From the IMG/VR virus record IMGVR_UViG_3300042383_000120, positions 1,598-65,597 of that record: 64,000 nt of DNA. The stretch is one strand, 5' to 3'. The translations under genes and the position numbers were made by a program. This stretch comes from a virus (lineage: Duplodnaviria > Caudoviricetes). This document shows positions 39,787 to 46,501 of the stretch, in pieces (position 1 is the first letter of the stretch; each line of letters starts with the position of its first letter). Under the pieces are notes generated by a model, which saw nothing but the letters and a program-made list of their open reading frames with translations, was not told where the DNA came from and did no database searches.

Positions 39787-40107
39787 TCATTCTCCATCAG
39801 TTGTGACCACGGTCACGGTTCCAACAGACCCTACCATATACTCTGCAGGGTTCCAAACGGGATTCCAGCCGAACAATCCGTTGCCCGGGGCGTAGTCTGG
39901 ACGCGGGTTCATGAGGGCCTGCGGGTCGTTGATTTTCACCCGACCCAGAAAGTTCTGTGGTTGGTCAGGGTCAACGATGTCGCGGCCCACTCGGAAGCCT
40001 GTCTTGACGCCGTTCTGATACTCCCAGACGAGGTCTGAGAGCTTATAGGTACGCCCACTGCGGTCGCAGATGCCGAGGGCTCTGCTTCCCCTTGCGTATG
40101 CGGGCAT
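39787..40107 (-). CDS. Conserved-type phage protein (CDRSG motif)
   Basis: A.G..ALGICDRSG..Y...L; D.DQPQ; DPQAL.NPRPD. Confidence 0.72.
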   Translation of the reverse strand: MPAYARGSRALGICDRSGRTYKLSDLVWEYQNGVKTGFRVGRDIVDPDQPQNFLGRVKINDPQALMNPRPDYAPGNGLFGWNPVWNPAEYMVGSVGTVTVVTTDGE

Positions 40108-40793
40108 CAGACACCCCCGATCATCATCGTGTTGAACGGCACAAAGCTGACCGAGGAGCGGTCACGGTCTTCACCGGCTGCCAGATCGAACTGCTCGTCG
40201 TAGACCTGCTTCAAGGGGGCAACCCGGGCGATTGCCTCGGGCTTCTTCATGGCGATGTAGTACGCCAACCCCGCGACGAGGGCGGGCACAAAGCGCGGAG
40301 GGATGTTGGTGGTGTCTCCGCCGATGCCCGAAGCAAGGCCGTCAATGCCCTTGAGGCGGTAGTAGAACAGCGTGTAGCTCTGGGAGTTATCTGGCGTCGG
40401 CCAGAACGTCACCGTCGTACTCGTCGGCAGGCGCTGCACGAACACTTGGGTCGGGCGACCCGTGATCTGCTTGTTGGTCTGCTGGGCATAGGTTGACACA
40501 GAGATGCGCTCGAGCGCGGTATCCGTCTGGGCAGTGCCCGTCCCGGTCCGCATCTGGTGCTCGATGATGTCAATTGTCCCGGTCGGCAGCGTGTATGTCG
40601 TGGTCCCCGCCACAAGGGCGAGAGTCCCAGCCTCAATAGTAAAAAGGTTCAGGCCACGGTTGGCCCACTCAAGCGTCATCAGGTTCAAGCTGCGTCGTGC
40701 AGTCTTGAGGTCATAACCCGAGCGCATCTCGAGACCGGCCCGCTCAAAGGCCTCTTCAAAGAGTTCCGGCAGATCGGGTACGATGACAGGCAT
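40107..40793 (-). CDS. Head-tail connector / head completion protein
   Basis: EEAFERAG..RSGYDLKTARRSLNL...EWANRG.NL; WPTPD; P.RF.P.LVAGLAYY. Confidence 0.72.
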   Translation of the reverse strand: MPVIVPDLPELFEEAFERAGLEMRSGYDLKTARRSLNLMTLEWANRGLNLFTIEAGTLALVAGTTTYTLPTGTIDIIEHQMRTGTGTAQTDTALERISVSTYAQQTNKQITGRPTQVFVQRLPTSTTVTFWPTPDNSQSYTLFYYRLKGIDGLASGIGGDTTNIPPRFVPALVAGLAYYIAMKKPEAIARVAPLKQVYDEQFDLAAGEDRDRSSVSFVPFNTMMIGGV

Positions 40794-40796
40794 GGT

Positions 40797-41171
40797 TTAG
40801 TCCCTGAATTTCGCGGTCTTCTTCGCGATACGTTTCGGCTGAGCCACGAACTGTTTGCCCTTGGCGGTGCCCTCGCGCTTGGCTCGGGTTGTTGCAGCAT
40901 ACTCTGCAGGGCTCAGCGCGTCACGTGCCTTCTTCGGGAGATAGCGTTCGCCGGTCTTACCAGACGGCTTACCGCTCTTGGTGCCCCAGTCTTCCTTAGT
41001 CCACTTTGACATGGACTTCTGAGCGGCGGTCTTCTCACCTGAATAACCGCCGCCCTTTTCCTTGTAAATCTTACCAGCGAGCTGCATGGCACGGGCGGAG
41101 TGTTTCCCGCCCATCTTAGCCTTGGCTTGCGCCTTGGACTGTTCCCAGAGCTTCTCGTTGGTGCGGCCCAT
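40797..41171 (-). CDS. Basic protein (DUF5872-like)
   Basis: SARAMQL...YK..GGGY; KWTKEDWGTKSGKPS..TGERYLPKKA. Confidence 0.7.
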   Translation of the reverse strand: MGRTNEKLWEQSKAQAKAKMGGKHSARAMQLAGKIYKEKGGGYSGEKTAAQKSMSKWTKEDWGTKSGKPSGKTGERYLPKKARDALSPAEYAATTRAKREGTAKGKQFVAQPKRIAKKTAKFRD

Positions 41172-41173
41172 GG

Positions 41174-41329
41174 TTACTTGAACCCCTTCGAGCACTTCGC
41201 TGCGCGAGCACAGTCAGCGGGATAGCTGCACTGGGCGCAGGGCGTAAACACTGGAGCTTGAGTTGCCGCGACAACGCCCGCCACCGCGATAGTTTCGGCG
41301 GTGTCCTTTTTTGTGGGTTTCTTGCTCAC
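41174..41329 (-). CDS. Small Cys-rich protein, 51 aa (not in ORF track)
   Basis: GTGA overlap with upstream stop; MSKKPTKK...PCAQCSYPADCARAAKC; fills the gap exactly. Confidence 0.6.
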   Translation of the reverse strand: MSKKPTKKDTAETIAVAGVVAATQAPVFTPCAQCSYPADCARAAKCSKGFK

Positions 41330-41547
41330 CGCATCGCCCCTTTGGTCTTACCCTTCATGCAGCAGCCATCCATCTTCTTGGCTTTGCCGCCTTTGGCCAT
41401 GCGCATGGGCGCGGGCTTAGGGTCCGACATACCGCGGACGCCGCCCGGCTTGGGCTTGGGCTTGGGCCCTGCAATCATCGGTCTAACCGGTCTCGGCGAG
41501 GCGGGAGCAGTTGCGATCTGCATGCCCATGTTTCCGCGGTTCATCAT
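41326..41547 (-). CDS. Small basic protein
   Basis: Lys/Pro-rich; MAKGGK..DGCCMKGKTKG. Confidence 0.65.
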   Translation of the reverse strand: MMNRGNMGMQIATAPASPRPVRPMIAGPKPKPKPGGVRGMSDPKPAPMRMAKGGKAKKMDGCCMKGKTKGAMR

Positions 41548-41681
41548 TTCTTCTTCCCCTTTTTCACGCCCTTGATAGAGCCCTTGTTTTCAGCGGCGTA
41601 GAAGACGCGAGCACCGGCCTCCTTGCCATACTGTTTGGCCATCGCGGCCTTAATCTTTTTACCCTTAGCGTTCAGCGGCAT
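41544..41681 (-). CDS. Small basic protein
   Basis: MPLNAKGKKIKAAM.KQYG...G..VFYA..NKG. Confidence 0.7.
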   Translation of the reverse strand: MPLNAKGKKIKAAMAKQYGKEAGARVFYAAENKGSIKGVKKGKKK

Positions 41682-41682
41682 G

Positions 41683-41937
41683 TCAGCACTTCCATGCTCG
41701 CAGGCTCTTATTGATCCTGCTGTTGGGGTCATTGGCCGTCTTGGCCGACGTGAGCTTCTTCTTCATACCCTTCATCCGGGCACAGAAGCTGTCTCTGCGA
41801 GCGCCGCCCTCGGGCTGAGGGGCTTTCAACCCCGGTTTCCCGGGGTTGGCCTTGTTGTAGCTGGCTCGGCCCTTGGCATTTAGCCCGCCTTTCGGGTTCT
41901 TACCTTCCTTGCGGGTCCATGCTGGTGACTTGGCCAT
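41683..41937 (-). CDS. Basic protein (DUF6321-like)
   Basis: AWTRKEGKNPKGGLNAKGRASY..RRDSFCARM.GM..DPNSRINKSLRAW.C. Confidence 0.75.
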   Translation of the reverse strand: MAKSPAWTRKEGKNPKGGLNAKGRASYNKANPGKPGLKAPQPEGGARRDSFCARMKGMKKKLTSAKTANDPNSRINKSLRAWKC

Positions 41938-41944
41938 TTCATCA

Positions 41945-42472
41945 TCACCCGTAGTAGATGTTGATGGATTTCAGGTTGTTGGCGTAAACATACACGCCGA
42001 TCATCGCCAGCATGCCGTCCCCGGGAACAGAAAATCCGTTGAAGAAGATATCTGACGCAGAAGTATGGTATGTGGCAAGCCACCCTGCGTTGTTCCCGTT
42101 CTTGGTGCTACGGACGTACCGGCAGACAGTGCTCGTGGCGATGGTCCCACTGTTGATGTCTGTGAGGGTGAAGGTGTCCGTGCCGGTGACAGTGATCGCA
42201 TAGTTGCCCGGGGTTGCGATTACGCCGCTGGCCTCTTCATACGAAATGCCAATGACGTCACCGGTTTTTAGGCCGTGCGCACTCTTGGTCACGGTCACGG
42301 TATCGCCGCTGCGCCCATAGGTGGCAGCCACGGGCGCGACGTCGGTGTCCCAGACTTCAAGTATGCCGCCGTCGTTTCCGCCGACGACATCAATCGCCTT
42401 AACGCGAGCCCTGTTCTTGTAGATGAAGCCACTGCTGTGCAGGTGGCCACTGCGTACATCTGTCGCGCCCAT
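41945..42472 (-). CDS. Putative virion structural protein
   Basis: AGGAG RBS; beta-rich; VTVTKSAHGL.TGD segment; ends YYG. Confidence 0.65.
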   Translation of the reverse strand: MGATDVRSGHLHSSGFIYKNRARVKAIDVVGGNDGGILEVWDTDVAPVAATYGRSGDTVTVTKSAHGLKTGDVIGISYEEASGVIATPGNYAITVTGTDTFTLTDINSGTIATSTVCRYVRSTKNGNNAGWLATYHTSASDIFFNGFSVPGDGMLAMIGVYVYANNLKSINIYYG

Positions 42473-42487
42473 GGTGCTGTGCTCCTA

Positions 42488-42775
42488 TTAGCTGAGTGCT
42501 GCGCCAACAGCAGTGACCCAAGCAGAGCCGGTCGAGATGACGAGGCAGAACTCGTTGTTGCCAGCGCCGTTGTCGTTGATGAGGCGAACCTGACCAGCGT
42601 TGCCAGCGGCAGCGGCAGGCAGAGCAGACGTCGCGATGGCGGTGAGCTTCACGAAGCTGGTGACGGTCACATCGCCTGCGACGTTTCCGGTGACGTCACC
42701 AGAGACGTTCCCGGTGACGGAGCCAACGAAGCCGTTGGTCGAGGTCACGGGACCTGAGAAGGTTGTGGAAGCCAT
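42488..42775 (-). CDS. Capsid fibre/decoration-like small protein
   Basis: MASTTFSGPV.S.NGF start; GxVT repeats; directly after the major capsid gene. Confidence 0.65.
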   Translation of the reverse strand: MASTTFSGPVTSTNGFVGSVTGNVSGDVTGNVAGDVTVTSFVKLTAIATSALPAAAAGNAGQVRLINDNGAGNNEFCLVISTGSAWVTAVGAALS

Positions 42776-42782
42776 GGTAGTA

Positions 42783-42860
42783 CCCCTTGCACAAGGATTC
42801 GCCGCGCAGTCTGTGCATCGTCAGGTCGGGCGTCCTGTCTGCGTGGCTGATGTTACCCTG
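42783..42860 (-). ncRNA. Structured RNA downstream of the capsid gene (candidate Mu-gpT-DE-like motif)
   Basis: Minus strand GCCACGCAG/CTGCGCGGC stem, CAGG/CCTG hairpin, TGCACA/TGTGCA pseudoknot abutting the RBS. Confidence 0.55.
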
Positions 42861-42884
42861 CGCGCAGTGTACACGTCGTGGAGC

Positions 42885-42916
42885 AAAAAAGAAAGGCCCA
42901 CCGAAGTGGACCTTTC
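42885..42916 (-). terminator. Rho-independent terminator after major capsid gene
   Basis: GAAAGGTCCAC-TTCG-GTGGGCCTTTC followed by T6. Confidence 0.85.
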
Positions 42917-42944
42917 ACTACATACCCGGGGGGTATGTAGGGGG

Positions 42945-43850
42945 TTATGCGCCCGGCGAGGCGTACATGGCCAGCGGGTCCGACACGCCGAACGAGTAGC
43001 GCTCGCGGGCCTTGTAGCGGACGTTGCCGGTGTCGAAATCGCCGTCCATCGAGGTGGACATCGCGACGCGGACGAAGTGCTTCAAACCGTTCGGGATGTC
43101 GGTGGTGAGGTACCACGCGTCATTGTCCGTCAGGTAGTGGTTCACTGCGTAACCGCCCGGGATCGAGCCGTTCGACTTGAGGGCGTTGAGATCGTTATCG
43201 GCGGTGCCGACGCGGAGCTCAGTTTCCAGCAGACGAGTAGCGACGAACATCAGCGACGGCGGAACAATCAGCTTGCGCGGACGGGCAGCGATCAGCAGAC
43301 CGCGTTCGTCTTTGTAAGCTGCGATGTCGATCACAGCCTGTTCCAGCGAGGTTTCGTTGAGGTCGGCGTCAACCGAAGGACGGTTGGAGTTGGTGCCGCC
43401 AGCAACGGTCGGGTGCGCCGTGTTGAACAGGGTCACACCGTCGCCCGATTGGAACGTGGTGAAACCGGTGTTCAGCAGCGAAGCTGCCTTGACCTGCTTG
43501 GTGTACGCCATAGCGCGAGCCAGCGCTTTGGTGTAACGAGCCGAGAGCGAGTCGTACAGGTTGTCTTCCATGGCTTCCTCGGTGATCGAGAAGCCCATGG
43601 CCACCGTCTCGTGATTGTAACGAGCGGTGAACGATTCCTGTGCGTTGTCATACGAGATGGCAGAGCCTTCCGGTTTCACCGGTGCTGCGCCAAAACCGGA
43701 CAACTTGACTTCCTCTTCGAACGAACGTTCGGAGCTTTCAGTCTCGTAAATCTCGGCATGCTCGTTTTCGTACTTGGCGTACTCAAGACCGAACAGGGCG
43801 TTGAGGCCCGGAAGCAGTTCTTTAAGGGCCTGTGCGCGTGAAATAGCCAT
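42945..43850 (-). CDS. Major capsid protein (Mu gpT-like, HK97 fold)
   Basis: MAISRAQ.LKELLPGLNALFGLEY; ITEEAMEDNLY; DGDFDTGNVRYKARERYSFG.SD; strong terminator. Confidence 0.9.
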   Translation of the reverse strand: MAISRAQALKELLPGLNALFGLEYAKYENEHAEIYETESSERSFEEEVKLSGFGAAPVKPEGSAISYDNAQESFTARYNHETVAMGFSITEEAMEDNLYDSLSARYTKALARAMAYTKQVKAASLLNTGFTTFQSGDGVTLFNTAHPTVAGGTNSNRPSVDADLNETSLEQAVIDIAAYKDERGLLIAARPRKLIVPPSLMFVATRLLETELRVGTADNDLNALKSNGSIPGGYAVNHYLTDNDAWYLTTDIPNGLKHFVRVAMSTSMDGDFDTGNVRYKARERYSFGVSDPLAMYASPGA

Positions 43851-43863
43851 CTGTCAGCCCTCC

Positions 43864-44463
43864 TTACACGCCAACAGCAGCGGTCAGCTGCGTGTAGTTA
43901 AGTTTCACGACCAGCAGCGGGAACGAAGTACCAGCTTCGCCACCACGGGGGCCACCGACGTAGTCGATGATTCGCAGCGGGAGGTTGGCATCGGTGCCGA
44001 TGGTGGACGCATCGAGTGCGACGCGCGAGGCTTTGAACGTGGTGTTCACCGCACCCTGAACAATCGCGGCGTTCTTGCCGTAGATGTCCAGCGAGTTGGT
44101 GATGGCCTCGTCAGCCTGCACAACGTACAGGGCCTGCGGGTCATCCACGACGAACGCGAGCGCGTCCGAAGCAACGGTGCCGGTCGGCCACATGTTGCTG
44201 AACGTGATCTGCCCAGTCGAGGGGTCGGTGTACGAGCAGCCGACAAACACGCCGAGCATTGCGATATCGGTCGAAGTGTCGCCGGTAGCGGTCTGCTTGG
44301 TGATCGTGGTCGAAGTGCCGTTGTCAACGAGGTTGACGATATCTCCGGCGGCAATGTTGACGGCGAGACCCGACGCGATGGGGTACTGGCGGAAAACCTC
44401 CAGCGAGCCATTGTCGAGACGGCCAGTCACACGCAGACCGAAGGGAGCATTGACGGAACCCAT
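43864..44463 (-). CDS. Capsid-associated (cement/stabilising) protein
   Basis: APFGLR..; GVFVGCSYTDP; V.DDP...Y.VQAD; immediately upstream of the MCP. Confidence 0.7.
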   Translation of the reverse strand: MGSVNAPFGLRVTGRLDNGSLEVFRQYPIASGLAVNIAAGDIVNLVDNGTSTTITKQTATGDTSTDIAMLGVFVGCSYTDPSTGQITFSNMWPTGTVASDALAFVVDDPQALYVVQADEAITNSLDIYGKNAAIVQGAVNTTFKASRVALDASTIGTDANLPLRIIDYVGGPRGGEAGTSFPLLVVKLNYTQLTAAVGV

Positions 44464-44502
44464 GGGTTCTCTCCTTCATCTACAGAGTTGTGTTCACGGC
44501 AA

Positions 44503-44949
44503 TCACTTGCCGAACGATGTTTTTGTTGAACGCTCGGGCCGAAGCACGGGCATACGCGGGTCGTTCTCACGCATGAAATTGCGGTCAACTGCGTCGATCT
44601 GGTTTTGAGCCATCTCGAGTTGGCCTTCCACGCGCGCGTCCGCGTCTTCAACCGGAATGCTGCAGAGCAGCAATCCACCAACTTCGACGTTGCCTTTAAA
44701 GCGCGAGTCGAGGTCGGACATAATTTGCAGCTCAGGATAATCCTCCGCCCTTACAGGCGTGTAGCCCTCTCGGAACCGAGACGACACGTTCGTCATGTCT
44801 GCGTTACCCATTGTGGAGGTGCGAATCCACCGGAACTTGATGCCCGGACGGTCTTCGGGGGTAGGCAACATGGACTGCCGCTTCCACGTTTTTTTGCGCG
44901 GACTCGTGTTTTCGCGAGTCTCGAGAGTACGTGGGGTCCGATCAGCCAT
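44503..44949 (-). CDS. Head morphogenesis-region protein
   Basis: LP.P....G..FRWIR...G..D..N....REGY.PV; VGGLLL. Confidence 0.7.
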   Translation of the reverse strand: MADRTPRTLETRENTSPRKKTWKRQSMLPTPEDRPGIKFRWIRTSTMGNADMTNVSSRFREGYTPVRAEDYPELQIMSDLDSRFKGNVEVGGLLLCSIPVEDADARVEGQLEMAQNQIDAVDRNFMRENDPRMPVLRPERSTKTSFGK

Positions 44950-45865
44950 TTGTCATATCCTTTAGCTTTTGCGCCGCGAACACCTTGAGAGGTACACCAA
45001 GACGCTTGGCGAGAGCGGCCTCAGTGGAGGTTAGCACGACCTTGCGTGGGGCTTTCGTGCTGCGAGCAGCAGGGGCGACCACGGGGCCAGTCTGACGGCG
45101 AGGTGCTTTTTCCTCAATTTGCCCGTCGTCAAACCTATCGGGGAACGTGCGGCGAACCGCATCGTCTATCTTAGAATAGTACAAATCGCTCGCCGGATCA
45201 ATTCCCTGACCAACGAGGTCCTCGTGGAGGCCCATGGCAAAACCTGTCATGGCCTTGTCCTTCATGAACCACGCGTTCTTCTCAGCCCATTTCATGGCCC
45301 GATCATCAGGTTTTGCCACCTGCGGAGCCGCTTGCTGCGGTGCCCGCGATTGGGTCTGAGCGTTCACTTCTGCGGCGCGAGGCTTGTAGGCCTCGACGCG
45401 CTGATGCTCCGACTGGAGACGGATCATCTTTTCCTGAGCAGCCAGCACAGCATCAGCGTCACCGCTCTCGTAGGCCGACTTATACTCCTTGCGCGCGGCA
45501 TCCAGCTCGCTCGCAACCCGGGCTTTGGTCTGCGACACGAGCACAGTCTCACCCTCGGCATAGGCCTTGCGGAGCGACTCGTTCTCTTTGCGGACCTTCT
45601 CAGCGTAGCTGATGGCCTCTTCGCGCAGACGTGCCGCCTCCTCCTTCGCGCGCCGTTCGGCGTGGAAGTCGAATTTCAGCTTGTTGATGCGCTTCTTGAC
45701 ACTGTCGGAGTACCCCTCAAGGTCATCGTCGTCAGCGCCAGCTTTCAGGGCAGGCTCAGACTCAGCGGCCTTCGGCTTGCCTTGGTCCTGCGCGGGTGTG
45801 TCGTCTTGGACTTCGATCTCCAGATCGTCTTCGCCGTCCAGTTCTACTTCGATGTTCTCGCTCAT
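44942..45865 (-). CDS. Capsid scaffolding protein
   Basis: Acidic N-terminus, YS..VKKRI coiled coil, W..KN.WF, A.A.RLGV.L..A C-terminus; between portal and MCP. Confidence 0.75.
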   Translation of the reverse strand: MSENIEVELDGEDDLEIEVQDDTPAQDQGKPKAAESEPALKAGADDDDLEGYSDSVKKRINKLKFDFHAERRAKEEAARLREEAISYAEKVRKENESLRKAYAEGETVLVSQTKARVASELDAARKEYKSAYESGDADAVLAAQEKMIRLQSEHQRVEAYKPRAAEVNAQTQSRAPQQAAPQVAKPDDRAMKWAEKNAWFMKDKAMTGFAMGLHEDLVGQGIDPASDLYYSKIDDAVRRTFPDRFDDGQIEEKAPRRQTGPVVAPAARSTKAPRKVVLTSTEAALAKRLGVPLKVFAAQKLKDMTNG

Positions 45866-46230
45866 GCTCTGCTATACCCCCGTGGGTCTTCGACAACGGC
45901 CTCGACCGTGTCATCGTTAATCAGACGGAACTCCTTGCCCATGACCTTGAAGCGGGTGCCAGAGTAGGACCGGAAGATGATGAAATCGCCTTCCTTGCAC
46001 CAAGGGCCGGACGGGAACTTGTTCGCATCGCTGTAGGCCTCGGGGCCCGCTTTGATGACGAAACCGATGACGGATGCCGTCTCCTCAGCCTTTTTTAGCT
46101 GATCTGGCATGTACACGCCACCTTCGGTTTTCTCGCTGACTTCGGGGACTGCAATCAGCAGTCTGTAACCGGAGGGCTCAGGCAGCTTCGCTTTGAGCTC
46201 CTCGTCCTCCACTTTGTTAGCCGTATACAT
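45862..46230 (-). CDS. groES: Co-chaperonin GroES-like protein
   Basis: P.GYRLLI; KTEGG mobile loop; V.KAGP.AY; GD.IIF..YSGT; RLINDD.V.AVV. Confidence 0.88.
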   Translation of the reverse strand: MYTANKVEDEELKAKLPEPSGYRLLIAVPEVSEKTEGGVYMPDQLKKAEETASVIGFVIKAGPEAYSDANKFPSGPWCKEGDFIIFRSYSGTRFKVMGKEFRLINDDTVEAVVEDPRGYSRA

Positions 46231-46235
46231 GGTAT

Positions 46236-46284
46236 CTCCTGCAGTGATTCAGGCTCACAGCGCCTTGCGCGGGACATCCGCGTA
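46236..46284 (-). promoter_or_regulatory. Structured 5' leader of groES (hairpin + H-type pseudoknot)
   Basis: CGCGG/CCGCG hairpin; AGGC/GCCT and GCTGTGA/TCACTGC crossing stems adjacent to AGGAG. Confidence 0.45.
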
Positions 46285-46309
46285 GCTCAAAGAAGTACAG
46301 CGGAGTGTA

Positions 46310-46501
46310 TCAGTCCGCAATAAATCTTTTCTCTAGGTCCTTAATGTCGTCCTCCATGCGCTGGAGAGCGGTGTACTCTCCAGTGGCACGACAATAGTCC
46401 TCGTAAGACTTGGCCCCGCCGTTAGCGAGGTGCTCCATCAGGCGCACCCGCTGCTCGGTGATACCGCGGAGGAGAAGGGCGAAGACGGTGTCCTCCATCA
46501 T
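46310..46501 (-). CDS. Small phage protein between portal and GroES
   Basis: L..G.AKSYEDY...GE...L pattern; overlaps the portal stop. Confidence 0.7.
   Translation of the reverse strand: MMEDTVFALLLRGITEQRVRLMEHLANGGAKSYEDYCRATGEYTALQRMEDDIKDLEKRFIAD

Noticed and set aside
41174-41329. tRNA or ncRNA in the apparent gap
   Set aside because: The gap is filled exactly by a 51-aa ORF with coupled start and stop; no cloverleaf or T-loop motif
42795-42850. Hammerhead ribozyme (CUGACGA ... GAA on the minus strand)
   Set aside because: The GAAA core is incomplete and the stems do not match hammerhead topology
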